Assembly: GCA_028534125.1 (NCBI GenBank)
Contig: CM052817.1
Location: forward strand, 52,826,001 to 52,890,000
Origin: Lama glama
Taxonomy: Eukaryota
Reading direction: 5' to 3'
DNA: 64,000 nucleotides
The translations under genes and the position numbers were made by a program. Below are positions 1 through 12,974 of the stretch, in pieces. Numbering within the stretch: position 1 is the stretch's first letter; each line of letters opens with the position of its first letter. The notes below the pieces were generated by a model that saw nothing but the letters and a program-made list of their open reading frames with translations, was not told where the DNA came from and searched no databases.

Positions 1-630
1 AAACAGAGACCAAGTAAAGAGCAAAGATGGGACCAGGGGACTCAAGATCTTGTGGATCCAGACTCCCGAAAGCCTGGTCGACATATTTATTAGGAGTATA
101 CAGCTCAGAAAAAAATGCAATTGAAGAGGAGAGGCTTTAGATATTCCATGTGATAAGCACTAACTTCTGCTTGCTATTTAACTGATTAATTTCAGGCCTA
201 TCCCTTCCAGGAACAATCACCCTCCTCAGGGTATGCAACATTTCTAAATCTATCCTGTTATTGCCTCCAGGACACCTTGAGATAGCAAATATTTCCCCTG
301 GGCTTAACCGCATGCTTTCAGGCCAGAACAAAGTTCTCTTAATGGATGATCTGGCTTTCCAGGACCATCCATTGTTTTACCCTAAGGAAATATCTGCCCT
401 CCTTCGTGCCCTTATGATCAATCTCAGGATTGCCCACCTCAAATTTTCTGTAGCATAATACGTGTTATAGGTCATCTACTGCGTAAAACATTACAACAAA
501 GCAAGCATGTGCATTTTAAGCAAGCAAGTGTGAATATAATATTTTAAGCTCATGGAAATTTAGGCGCGGCTTGTTTTCCAGCTGTTCATTTTCCAGCAGC
601 TTGTTTTCCAGCAGCTTATTTCCCAGCACA
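1..630 (-). mobile_element. Young ERV LTR (ERVK/class II-like), truncated by the window start
   Basis: Minus strand starts TGTGCTGG at 630. The poly(A) signal AATAAA is on the minus strand at 86-91. Bases 1-91 (ACAGAGACCAAGTAAAGAG...GGGACCAGGGGA...TATTTATT) resemble the reverse-complemented R/U5 of ERVK-type LTRs as I recall them. Four tandem 15-bp repeats sit in U3. Confidence 0.75.
569..628. repeat. 4 x 15-bp tandem repeat (GCTTGTTTTCCAGCA consensus) in LTR U3
   Basis: Units read directly at 569-583, 584-598, 599-613 and 614-628. Confidence 0.9.
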
Positions 631-639
631 TGAATAAGT

Positions 640-1400
640 CAAGAACCAAGCTGGTTAACTCCATAAGTATCTTGACCCTAGTAATACAATGGTCTTTTAG
701 CATTGTGAGTTATCCCTGTAGGTCAAGTCATCAAGGTTGCTACTCTAACCTTGATGCCCATTAAGGTAACTATATCCACCCTTCTTTGTTAATTGGAACT
801 CCCAGGACTCTAAAATTTCAGAATCCTATTAATTCCAATGAAACTAAGGAGCACATTTCCATGGTCACATCTCTTACTGTTAACTTTGATTTACAAAGGC
901 AACCACCACTGAGCTTTTCAAACATGCCAATACACTTCATCTTTTATTCCTTACTGAAGAAAAAAAATTTTTTTTTCCATATTTGTTCTTCTTGCTTTAT
1001 TGAAATGTGTCCTCTAGGTCCTTCTGGGAAACATAGTCAAGTGGTAAATTCTGTTGTCTCCCTAGTAAGTGCATTCTAACCTTAGTCCAGAACTATCCAA
1101 CTCCATACTCTGCTAAGACAAAGTCCAGGCATTTATACCTCCATCAAGCCATCTTTGTTTCCAAGTTTCATGGATCTATTCCTAGAAGCATTTTCTTAGG
1201 TTTCCTTCTCAAGATATTAAACATGATTAATAAGTAAACACCTTCATTTCAATAAATTATTCCCCTGTCAAGCTCTACATTTCACTCTACCTGGCCCAAC
1301 TGATTCAAAATCGATTACAGCATATGTGAGGCACCTACTCACTCTGGCTGAGAACTTTTCAATGTTTCCTCCATGGAGGATAAAGGAGGTGTTCTCACTT
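640..1400 (-). mobile_element. Ancient ERV-L-class internal relic (gag region), heavily decayed
   Basis: Minus-strand translation near 1120-1170 gives ETWKQRW..MPGL and near 1245-1260 gives *FIEM. These match HERV-L gag motifs EIWIKRWPTVSELEMPDLPW and EFID as recalled. Multiple stops and frameshifts. Confidence 0.5.
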
Positions 1401-2205
1401 GCCCAAAGGATTAGGAGAAATGTGTGTGTTCGATATTCTTAAGCTTCTCCACTCAAATATCACTGGAGAGTCTAGGTCCCAAGTGTGCATCCTCTCCCTA
1501 TCAGAGGTCTTGGCAAAGAGAAGCACATCTTAGCTATTATACAGATATTATTATTAGTATTACAGTAATGGCTCTTAAAAGAAAAATAGCAAATGAGCAA
1601 TCTGATAATTCCTAGCCACAGTGGGAAGCATAGAAAATCAACAAAGAAGATGAATATTGCAGTTTCTGTTTTTATTTTCAAATTAATGCTCTTTTAAATT
1701 TGACGTTCAAATCACCTGTTTTAAAGAAGCAGTATAACAAAGCTCATATTCAACTATTTTTTTTTCTTACAATTTGTTCTGAAGTGTTTTGTTTAGCTAG
1801 TGGAATAAACCTAAGAGTCAATTCATATCATACAACTCTCTATTAAAGTGTATCTGATAATTTCTATTTGCTAATCACCTCACTCTTGAATTTTTTCTGT
1901 AATAGTATTGAAATACTAGTTCTGTGAACTTCACATTTTGTTTCCTTTCTTAGCACTTTTAAATACAGTGTTTGGCTAGTAAGTCTAAAACTCCATGCAT
2001 TATCCTGATGAATCTATCTTTTTAAATTAGAAATTATACCATCCCTTTTGATAAATCAAAGCCAGTCATAATCTTTTTGCTTTGTATGACATATATATTG
2101 CATACATAAATTATTACACTTTTCATGTCTTATTAAATCATTATTTACATATCCATATTTCCTATTAGATCATTATATTCTTAATAGCAATATCATGTTT
2201 TATTT

Positions 2206-2251
2206 TTTAATATTTTTATTGATTTGTAATCATTTTACAATGTTGTGTCAA
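2206..2251 (-). mobile_element. Extremely 5'-truncated young L1 3' tip with target-site duplication
   Basis: TTTTTATTGATTTGTAATCATTTTACAATGTTGTGTCAA matches the L1 3' ends at 57321-57360 and 52673-52712 (reverse complement). It is flanked by CAATATCATGT(T/C)TTATTT at 2188-2205 and 2249-2266. Confidence 0.85.
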
Positions 2252-2659
2252 TATCATGTCTTATTTATCTTATTTGTGTTATAATAGCAAATTCTCAGTA
2301 AGTCCTGTTGTGCTTGACTCTACCAAATACCCCATCACACTCTATTTTTCCTCATGGAAATGTATTGCCTATCTACAATCTATGTCAGAAAACCAGATGT
2401 CGTAACTTAAATCTACTCTTGTATTAGATCGTGCAATTATCATTCACTTAATTTTCCACTTAGTTCCCCATAAATTATAAAATTAACAGGCCATATTGAA
2501 ATATGCCCCCCTCCCTCCATCCAGACCAACCCCATTTACATATGTACTTTTCTTTTATCTTCAACTTAGCAATAATCAATCTTGAGTAAATTGTTCTCAA
2601 GCTTATCCATAAAATGGTATATTGGGCTTATAATAAAAGTGAAAAGGGAAAGAATATAA

Positions 2660-2830
2660 CATTTATTGTAAGCTCAATTTATGAAGGAATTTCTATTTAT
2701 AAAGTATTTTATCTTATTCACAAATAATCACCTGATATTAAATGTCCCTATTATACACATGAGTAAAACATGGTGCCAGCAAGCTAAATAGTCTTGCCAA
2801 GGTTATACTAGTAATAAGTGATAAATCTAC
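2660..2830 (-). mobile_element. MIR SINE fragment
   Basis: Degenerate core ...ATGAGTAAAACATGG...AAATAGTCTTGCCAAGGTTATACTAGTAATAAGTG. Confidence 0.55.
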
Positions 2831-4377
2831 AATTTAAAATTTAAAATTGTTTTCCAAAGTCCAAAAGTCATTTTCTTTATGATTCCAGTGTACATAGAAG
2901 CTAAATTGACTATTTAGTACTGCTTGCCAAGTTGGAACACCTTTTTTTACACAACAAAATATGTACATTCTACAATATTCTACTATTTTTAAAATCAATA
3001 AAACTATTACTCATTAGACTTAACATCTGAATCCTGTGGGAGTATGTTTTCTAATAATCCTTTAGATGTCTTTGAAACTAGAGTAAAAATAGAGAGATTT
3101 CTTAGAAAGTAAAATCCCTGTAACTAATTTTTAGGGAAGGAGAGGATCAAACGTGCTTAGAGAGAGAAATGAACACAAACACAGAAACCCAGCAGCACAC
3201 ATATTTACAGAATACTCATTATATTTGTAGTAGAATAACATTTTGAGATTAAAAAAATGGAAGTTTTTTCCACCTCTGTAGAAATATGAAAGCCTTCTCG
3301 AACTCTGCTCATACCACTTTTCTTACATACACTTGGCAGAGTTAAGTCTTGTGGCCACACCTCATTGTAAAAGAGGCACAAAGAAAATGTAATCTTTGTT
3401 CTGTACAACTGTGTAGTTTATGTTATTGTACAAGAAGAGAAGGGCTAGTGTGGCACAGATAACAATTTCTACTACCAGAAGCAATCCTCAGTGGCTGATA
3501 TTCATTTTCAGTCACCCAGAAAATTTGTAATTTAAATTTTAAAAATTCTGTCATTATAGAAAAGAAGTCACATTTCACGTATAACAAAATGTGTAAACCA
3601 TTTGTACCCACAGCACACTTTTGGGATGAACATTAGAAAATTACATCACCAAAATAATTTGGAGTCACATTTCTATCAAGAACAGGTGAAGAACCATACA
3701 TTTTAAGCTCATCTATTACTAGTTACTTCTCATGGCCATCTGGATGTTCCTTTGTGGTGATTTCTTCTTAACATCTTATAATCACATTGTAATTGGCAAT
3801 TTCTTAGAAAAAATTAAGAAGGCATTCCTTTATAAAACCCGTATGTTCCTAACATAAGTACAGTTTAAAAGGTTTGAAGGGTAACAAACACAATTCTTTA
3901 ACTATCAGAGATTTTTGTAGCAATAAAATTTTGTCTTTTGAATAAGTGGCAAATGGTTTAGCTATCTAAGGATTAGAGGTTGAAATGAATTATCTAAATG
4001 TCAAGCAAAACAAAACTTATGTCTTAAATTAGCACATAATTTATAAATTTGTATATATTACAAGCAACAAAATATTTAAGATAGATAAAATCAATTTGTA
4101 ATCTTTTTTTAAGATACAAAGATGTGGTTGACACATTTGCAAAATTGCAATATAGATTGCAAAATAAGCATGCTAGCACCTTTCTATTAGAAAACATTTT
4201 ATTATGTCACGTCAGCTCCCATTTGCCTATAATAGTGGGAAAATTTTTGCTTAGAAGGTGTCTTGATAATTTTTCAAGAGCCTTGAAGGCTAACTCAAGT
4301 TAGGGAGTCAGCCCTGTGTCAAATGCAATATAGAAACAGGGATGGGTATTTTGATTTGTCCTATAATGGTAGAATTT

Positions 4378-4465
4378 TCATGTGTCCTGGGTTGCTTGTG
4401 AAAATCCCAGGAAACACTGTTGTTCTAGAATAATTATCAATAGCACTCACTTTCACTCTTAAATA
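4378..4465 (-). mobile_element. MER94-like hAT DNA transposon fragment
   Basis: GTCCTGGGTTGC...TGTTGTTCTAGAATAATTATCAATAGCACTCACTTTCACTCT resembles the reverse complement of the MER94 consensus. Confidence 0.55.
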
Positions 4466-5095
4466 TATGAACCAGAACATGGAGTTGAAACCCACCAACC
4501 AGCATTACTTTGTGACACTCCTAGTTTTCAATTTACTTTGCTGATTCAAGGAAATTAGAAAAATATTAATATGTGCGTTTTATTATAGACTGCCTTTTAA
4601 AAATTTAAGATAGTGTAATAGCATATGTAAGTCAGATGCACTCTGTCCTTTGAGATTCCTAAGAATGTATGTCTACTCCTGGCATATAGCCTGGAAATTG
4701 CTCCTGAATGCCAATTTTTTTGAAGATAGTAAGAAAAGGATGGCAGATGATGACTTGTGATTTTCTTAGACCCCCCCTAGCTAATGATTTTTATTTCTCT
4801 TTAATATTTTGGTGTCCTACATATAGCACCACTTATCCTTATCACATTGAATAAAGTAGCTACACAATGCCTTTTAAAAAACTTTCAGTATAACACACAC
4901 ACACACCAAACACAAACAAAAACATAACAAAAATATTTTCTTATAGTTGTAAATTTCTGAAGATTTTGATCGTGCAGCAGGTTCTCAATGACGAAATTTT
5001 ACAAAGTAGCTAATATAGGTCATCTAAATTCTTAAAATGAACTTTGACAGTTGTGGAAAATCAAGTTCCAGAATTCTGCCAGTTCCCCAGCTCCC

Positions 5096-5405
5096 TTTAT
5101 TTCTAACATTTCTGGTCGCTGGGAAGCCCAAGATCAAAGTGCCAGCTAATTCGGTTCCTGTGGGAGCCCCCTTGCTGGCTCAGAAAACATTGCCTTCTGG
5201 ATGCACCCTCACACGGTGGAGAGAGCAAGCTCTGGTGTATCTTTGCCTTCTTATAAGGGCACTAATCCCATTATGGGAGCTCCACTCTCATGATCTCATC
5301 TAAACAGAATTACCTCCCAAAGGCCCCACCTCTGAATATCATCACTTAAGGGTTAGGACTTCAGCATATGAATTTTGAGGGGACACACATAGTTAGTTCA
5401 TAACA
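5096..5405 (-). mobile_element. MLT1A-type MaLR LTR
   Basis: Diagnostic segments GGGAAGCCCAAGATCAAAGTGCCAGC, TCTTATAAGGGCACTAATCCCATTATG, TTACCTCCCAAAGGCCCCACCTC and ATATGAATTTTGAGGGGACAC; ends TAACA. Confidence 0.9.
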
Positions 5406-7919
5406 GAGGATAATTTTACCAGTTCTATCTAGAAAAATGTAAGTCAAATTACAAATTCTTTCAGAAAGAATGCACTCATGACTGTCAAACATAAAACATA
5501 CTACAGATAAGTTTTCTGTGTAAATAAAATGGAACATTATGAAAATCAGATTCTGGCTATTTGCATCAAGATATTTGATCTAAGAAGATCCTTAAAATAC
5601 AATGCCAATGAAAACATTATGTAATTTTAGGTATCTTTTAGCTCCTCCTAATAATAATCTAGTTGAGACATGTTAGTCTAATGTAAACTTTTTAAAGAGA
5701 AGATAAACGTACTTTGTGCATAAGTAAAGCAAAAAATTTTTTTTAAAAATCATTGCAATTTCCTTGTGCCAGTGACTTAAAAGTTTTTTTTTTTAATAAA
5801 TAAAATGAATATTTCTCTTCTAAATTAAATACCAGTGTATTATTGAAATATGTCAGTAGGTGCTTTTTCATTGTAATTTCATGGACTTCTTATATTTATA
5901 TATATAAAGCAATTAATCAGATTTGAACAAATATAGATCAACAACTACTATTATGGGAAGAATAGCACTGTGTGCAAGACACAGAGAATTCACTGGTTTA
6001 TTGAGTTATTGAAAAAATTTTATATTCTCCATTAAATAAAATACAGATAGAAGGAAGTGGACTTCACCAAACCTCTAAAGATAATGGAAAGTTAGAGGAA
6101 GAATTTTTAGTTAGATGATCTGGGAATTTTCATGAGTGAGGTGGCATCTGTGCTAGGACATCTTAAAGAATATGTAAAATGTTGATATATGAGATGACAG
6201 TAATGGCAGTGCTGTCAGTGGGGTGACCATTACTAACATACTCTAGTGGAAAATTATCAGGCATATATTATCTCAGATAAAATTTAAAAACACTAGTAGA
6301 CTTTTAGGGCAGACAATAGATAATCTTGATAATAGTGTAAGTAACATGGAGTTTATCTTGCAGACAAAAAGGGCTATTGTGTGTGTGTATGTGTATGGAA
6401 GTGCATGTATCTGTATGAGAAAGAGAAAGAGATTGAATATGTTCATATCATGCTTATAAACAAGTCAGCGAAGGGAAAAATTTTTTCCCCCTATTCTAGC
6501 GTGTCAAAATGTTATTAGTAAATAAACACAGTATTCTATGTTGGCTTTGCTTATTAAGTTCCAGTGGGAAGAAATGAACAATTTTCATGTATCTGCATGT
6601 TTATGAGATGGATTACAATGTCTTTTTTTGTGTTTTGCAGCCTGACAATACACACTTCAATGTTTTATTTTATTTCATTTTATTATATACTTATTTGATA
6701 ATTTAGTAAATGGAATACAAGTATGGGATTTTAAAAAAGTGAAACACAGCCTTAATTATATGCCCAAAGGCAGACTCTTCTGACTTTTTCTATTCTTTGG
6801 TTTTAATATTTAGTCCCTTTATATGAAATAATATACTCTTGTTTCTTTCTTGATTTATCAATTTTTCACTATGCCTATTGATTATTTCCCATGACAAATT
6901 AGAATTTAGCCAACACTGCTAGCTCTAATTGTTCTTTACTTTCTGAAAATATTTGGTAGTTTCAATATTAATTTCAATTTTTCTATCAGTTTATTTTAAA
7001 TGTTTATAGATCTATTTTAGTCAATTTTGCATAATAGCTAATATTCCTTTAAGAACAGAACATTATTATTTATTCCTTTCCCTTTGCTGTTCTTTACTTC
7101 TACCACCTATAAAATATAAATATGTATTTACGCAGTTTTTCTTAACCTTAAACTTCTCATTTTATCCATCATTTGATTCAGAAATTTGAAAAGCAATAAG
7201 TAACATTTATAATATTAAAACTGCATAATTATTTTTCACTGAAGGACTAATGACTATTTCTTGAATAATTTTTCTTTCCTACAATCCCAGTGATAAAATG
7301 CAAAGTTGACTTGGTGGATTATTTTCCCAGCATTTAGGTGAACTAGGATATTTGCTCTTATGCTTCATCAGTTCCAAAATTCATTTGCCATTTTATTTTG
7401 TTTTGTATTAGACTGTGTTTTTCTTGAATAGTTTTGTCTACTTTTGGGGTTTTTGTCCTTCCAGATTTTAAATTTTTCTTCATTTGTGATAGCAACAGAA
7501 TGATCCAAATCAGACATACTCAAGTTTTTGCTATCTTGGCAGCCACACTATCAATTAAATAGATAAAACTCTTAAAAATAAGTTGGGCATTTATGCTAGA
7601 AGTCTGCAAACAATCTTCTGTTCTAATCTTTACTGTGTCGTTTTATAGCTGTCTTGTATGAACTCTTTATTGCATTTTTTGGTTAGATACATTTAGATCC
7701 ATTTTTCAAAGATGTTAGTTTATCTTCCTCTTTCTTGTGTTTCTCACTGGTATTCTACATGATTGCCTCCACACATGCAAAAGACTTTGTGGAAGAGAAA
7801 TTTATGGTGTCATTATTTCTGAATTTAATTACAACAGTTATGTTTAATGGTTGTCCACTGATTTGGTAAGATGTAAATTACTGAGTTAAAGAAATATGTT
7901 TTTTGAATAATTTGGTAAG

Positions 7920-8750
7920 ACTGTTCCATTTTTTATAAAAGGTTGTTGAATTTATTCCAGTTATTTTGGAGCAGCTATTGAAATGATCACACTAAATTCC
8001 TCTGTTAATTTATCAAAATACAATTACTAGTTTACCTATCTTAAAAATGAGTGATATATCTGCATTATATACTGCTGGATCAGGGAGCATGGTTAAAAAA
8101 AAAAAGAAATCAATGTACTAATGATTCAATTAATATTTGTTATACTTGGCCAAAAGGTAATAATTTATTTTTCTGTTCTCTTGATGAACAATTCAGAGTT
8201 GGATTAGCTTAAAAAATTAGTTGTATAATTTAACATATTTTTATATTATCTAATGCAGTTTTTTATAAGGCAGAAATCATATTCCACACAAGTAATTAGT
8301 GGATTTGACTAATGACCATTTGATCCTTGTGATTTTGTTTTCGGTGGGAAATGGATAATGGTTAGATCCCAGACTATTTTTTTTTTCAATTTTCAATAGT
8401 TTATTCACTTTTTTTAATTTTTAGAACAATTTGATAGTTGAATTTTCTGCAAAATTTAATATTTTACTTAGATATTCAAATATAGAAGTATACAAAGAGT
8501 ATATAATTTTCTCTTATAATTGTTATCTTTTTGTATTTGTAATTATGACCTTTCTTTTTTATTTTTAAGTTCTCTTTTTTACATTGATCTTAAGAGCCAA
8601 GAATTTAAATAATGACTTCATCTCTACTCTTTCTTATTTATAGTCCATTAACTGCTGTCATTTTTATAAAATTTTATGTTCTACCTCATTTGGGTTTATT
8701 TTATTGTTCTATTTTTGTGCCTCAAGAGATGAAACCTTAAATGTTTTTAA
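7920..8750 (-). mobile_element. Very old L1 (L1M/L1ME) ORF2 remnant
   Basis: T-rich antisense L1-like motifs (GGTTGTTGAATTT...CTATTGAAATGATCA); highly diverged. Confidence 0.45.
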
Positions 8751-8794
8751 AATTTCTGGTTGTTTTTTTTTAATGTACACAATTTAACAGAGAA

Positions 8795-9160
8795 TTTGTA
8801 CTTCTGGGTATTTGGAGGAGAGATGCTTTTCCCTATTCCTCCCATAAATACAGCTAAAAACCCTGGACTTATGTATAAAACTAACACAACAAGACTAAAA
8901 GGTGAAGAAAAGAAGGCTAACTGCCCCAAGGATTGACACAAAATTGAATGTCTTTGATTATATCTGATTATCCCAGAGTGGGTACTGGAAAAGCCAGCAA
9001 CCAAGAAATGAAAACAGGCTCAGACCAAAAAACCACAACAAAGGAAAAAAAGCACATCAAGAAAAGACTGCTTTCTCTAGCTAAAGTACACAGTAAGAGG
9101 CAACCTAAATAACAAGAATCTTTTTAGAAAATAACTGCTTTCACTCCAGCCAAAAAACTA
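8795..9160 (+). mobile_element. Old L1 5' UTR fragment (L1MC/L1MD 5end-like)
   Basis: TTTTCCCTATTCCTCCCATAAATACAGCTAAAAACCCTGGAC...CCCAGAGTGGGTACTGGAAAAGCCAGCAACC...CTTTCTCTAGCTAAAG. Confidence 0.55.
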
Positions 9161-9349
9161 TGGTGGGGGGAAATTTGCAGTGTTTGAGGACTTTCCTTTT
9201 GACAATTCTACTTCCTCAACCTTCAACAACTTCTTGAAATGCACCTAAAATACATAGAATATTTATGCTGATTCCTACAATATTTCCTTCTAAAACCCAT
9301 TTAAAAGATAATAACAATATTACCTAATTGTATCCCTTATGGAATGTTT

Positions 9350-9560
9350 ACAGTGTGCCTTCTAAGTGCCAAGTATTTTTCTAAAATCTTTACATACGTT
9401 AATTTATTTGGATCTCACACACACACACACAGACAAAAACCCTATGATATAACTTTATTATTTCCAAGTTAAAAATAAGAAAAATGAGAAACAGAGAGTT
9501 TAATCAACTTGCCCAACATCAAATATCAAGAAAGTATATAGATTCATCTGGCCAAGGGTA
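9350..9560 (-). mobile_element. MIR SINE containing a short (CA)n
   Basis: GAAAAATGAGAAACAGAGAGTTTAATCAACTTGCCCAACATCA core; upstream GTGCCAAGTATT...TTAATTTATTT. Confidence 0.7.
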
Positions 9561-10144
9561 CTGTCAATTCTTGTCAGTAATACTCCAGTTTTCAAGAGAT
9601 CGATCCACTGTTGCTCTAATTTTGGATTACTTACCTCCTCATTTTAAAAGTATTTTTTCAATAGTTTCTTGGATCTAAGTTCCATCTACAACATTCATTT
9701 TATCTTCTTTCTCATAGCTTCTTAAATCTCTTTAGATTATAATTACTTTTTCTAATAAAAGAAGAACAAAAATTCCACCCTCTTTTCAAATTCATTCCTA
9801 CAGGGGCAGTCAGATAGGTCGTGCAATGTCTTAGACCTTCCCTTAAAGATGTCCCTCTCTGCAACTAATTCAATCTGCTGTATTTATTAATTTTTCCCTT
9901 TATTTCACTCCTTATATTTAGAGTAAAGAAAGAACAACTTTGTTTTGTTTTCATCCTTTCCTACCTAGCATCTCTTTGCAAACTTGACTCTTCAAGCATT
10001 TGTTTTTGGAATGATCCCATTTAGGGTTTTTTTTTTTTTCCTTCTTTATTTGATAATTGACCTTTAAAGTTTCTGCTCTCACCCTTGTGCTATATACACT
10101 AAGGGAAAACAGATTCACTTACCTGTGTTTACAAAACTTGTATT

Positions 10145-10653
10145 TTAGGGAAGGAAAAAGTTTTCCTGGACCCTTTTAGGGTCCCTGGATGTGTCTGATA
10201 ACTAAACTGATCTTTGTCACAGATCACATTAACAGCAGAAAAGTGTATACATTTTACTGAATTTTTACTTGTACACGGGAGCCTTCACAAGATAATGAAG
10301 ACCCACAGAAGTGACCAGAATAGAAAGCTTTTATATATTTTAAATAAATACAGAATACATTTGTGAAGAATTAAGGAAACAAAGAGGTGAGGGCTAAGGA
10401 TAGCTAGGAAGGTAAGGATTAGTTTAGCAGGGGGTTGTACAGATTTCCTGGCTTCAAATTCCCCATCTCTAGTGATAAGAGCGTCTTCTTTCCTCCTGGT
10501 ACGGGAAAGGAACTTTTCACATGGGAGTTTTATTTCAGAGAGGAAGGGTGATAGGGGAAGGTTAGAGCAACTCTTCAGCTTTGCTATTTTTTAAAAAATT
10601 CCTTCAGCTTAAGAAACTTAATTTGACAAAGTAATGTGTCACGAACCCCATCA
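10145..10653 (-). mobile_element. Solo ERV1-class LTR (MER34/MER4-group-like)
   Basis: Minus strand begins TGATGGGGTTC. The ~510-bp block has ERV1-LTR-like segments (CAGATCACATTAACAGCAGAAAAG, AATGAAGACCC, AAATTCCCCATCTCTAGTGATAAG). Confidence 0.7.
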
Positions 10654-12049
10654 GTGTATTGACACCTTCCCTGTTTTTATATAGAGTTTTTTTTATTGGT
10701 CCTTGAAAGGACTTCAGTCTTTCCATATGTGACTGAATTTCCTTAATATGTAAAGTCATTTCTCTTTGGGGACAGATTTTAAGTAACTCTTAAGTAAAAT
10801 GTATTTTAGCTTCTTTACTTTGATGTTCTAATCAATCATTCCTTAACTACTAAGTTTCAGCTCTCATCTTGCCCAACCCAGTCTTAGCCTAATGATTAAA
10901 AGAACAGTTATGCTTAACTCCAAGCCCCATAGTTAGAAATACCCACAGTGGTTAAATCTAGAAGTATATCTGGGGACAGTGGTCACTTAAACTGCATAGA
11001 TAAAAAGTCCATGCGTCCCAAAATGTCACTTTTTATTTCTAACTTTCAAAGCTTTCAAGCCTTTTTTTCATATGCTGAGGACACTGTGTCTCTGTGTAGT
11101 GAGTATGGATTGGCTGGGTAAAAAAAGTTGCCAGTTAACCACTCATCACTCATGCATGTTCTGAGACAAATTTATTCTAGGCACAAGGAGACAAATGGAA
11201 ATCTAGCATCATTATTTACTTGATAAAATGAGGTTTGAGATAAGAAGTTCAGCCAAAATCTAAAGTGAGGATTCCTTCTCTCCCCTCTGTGAATGGAATG
11301 TAAGTATGCAGTTTTAGAAGAAGGAGCTGGAGAAAAGTAGTCTTTTTCCACAAAACAGAATGTAAGTCGCATCCCAGTGAGCATATACTATCACAGAGGA
11401 AAGCAAGGAAGAATATGCAGCTCCCATGTGGTAAAAGAGTTCACAGTGAAAACAAGAGAGACCACTTTCTCATTTTTTAGCCAAATAACCCCATTCACTA
11501 TTGCATGGAATATGGAAAATCTCCACCACCTGGGGGGCAGTGAGGGAAAGATCTGATAATGAAGAAAAGTGTGCATTGCATCCTACACAGACACTGAAAT
11601 TAAGAAGTTATACAGATACTTCACAAAGACTTGGAGATAATTTTCCATAATCAGTTGTGATTTGTTATGATCAAAAGACATATGATATTTTTGTTAATCT
11701 ATTTAGTGTCTGAGAGATAAATTTGGCTATTGTATTTCTACATGCATTTTCTGCCTACCTCCTTCACAGTATTGAAGATAAAATATTTTCTGAATCTATT
11801 GTTACTTTAACTTTGATAAGCTTACATGGCTTAATCTCATAACTTCCCATTTCTGACACTGGTATCAGTTACTTAGATGATTAATCATCTTTTCTGTTTT
11901 CTTATCCCTGTTCTTTGGGTCATTTCTTTCTGCCAGTTTTTTCCTTTGTATTTCTTTCATGTTTCTTACAAGTGTTCTTTAGATTCACATTGTCACTAAT
12001 TTCCATTATATTTAAATGGCTCCCTGAAAGTAGACTTTTAACTTTAATA

Positions 12050-12500
12050 ACTTTAGCCCTATGTTTCCATAGTAACCTACTCAAAACATTACTGTCATCT
12101 TGTCATATTGCTCCACTAAAGCTTTTGATATATTCCAGTTGTTAAAGAGATACAGTTCACATTCCTCATTTTGGCATTCAGGGAACTCTGTAATACGATG
12201 CACCTATTTTTAAAGTCTGACCTCAACTCAACTCATATTTTATTGTTTAACCAAATTATAAAAGTCATTATTCCTTACATGCAATGTGCATTCTCCTGCC
12301 ATTTTATATTTGCTCTTGGTAATGTTTATGTAATGTGGTATATCTTGACCTTCAAAAATATGTCTTTAATGTCTTCCTAGCTTTAAATAAATCTATTTTG
12401 ACTTCTGTCTCCTTCATGAACTCTTCTCTAAACTTTCCCAAACTCCAAATCTAATCCAACTTTCTCTATGGACTAAAAAGACTTTCTGATCCATATATCC
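12050..12500 (+). mobile_element. L2 LINE fragment
   Basis: CATTCCTCATTTTGGCATTCAGGGAACTCTGTAAT...CTCCTTCATGAACTCTTCTCTAAAC, typical of the L2 3' region. Confidence 0.45.
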
Positions 12501-12569
12501 ATTGACTACTGAATTTCTTAACATAAATGATTCAAAATATTTGAATGTATTTTATTTTCTTCTTATAAC

Positions 12570-12970
12570 AGAGATTATATAGTTGTTCACAAAATCATTT
12601 CCACTTCCTTTTGGGAATTCAAATTAACTATATTTTCCAGCCTTCTTTTACAAGTATATATAACTGAATAAATTATAAGCAATGAAAAGTGAGCATAAAT
12701 GAAAATAAACTACTTCCCAGAAAGGTCCCTTAAAAAAATCTTGCAATGATATTTTTTATATTTTCTTTTCTCCTGCTCTATTTAATTAAGGAGAGGACAA
12801 GATCTGGGAAGCCCATGGTGTCCCATTTAATATACAAGTTCAGTCCTTCAGTGACTAAGTGGAACAGAATCTCCAAGCTTACACTGATGTCTATTGGACT
12901 ATGCTGTGAAAAATAAACGTTTCTTGTGTTAAGCCAGTGATATTATGGAATTGTGATTCAGCAAGTGAGT
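12570..12970 (+). mobile_element. MLT1J/I-type MaLR LTR
   Basis: TATATTTTCCAGCCTTC near the 5' end; AAATAAACGTTTCTTGTGTTAAGCCAGTGATATT at the 3' end. Confidence 0.65.
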
Positions 12971-12974
12971 TGTA

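Noticed and set aside
569..628. CRISPR-like array
   Set aside because: The units are contiguous with no spacers, sit in a mammalian LTR, and there are no cas genes.
11523..11542. CTCF-like motif CCACCACCTGGGGGGCAGTG
   Set aside because: It has three mismatches to the 14-bp core, including the conserved A; too weak without data.
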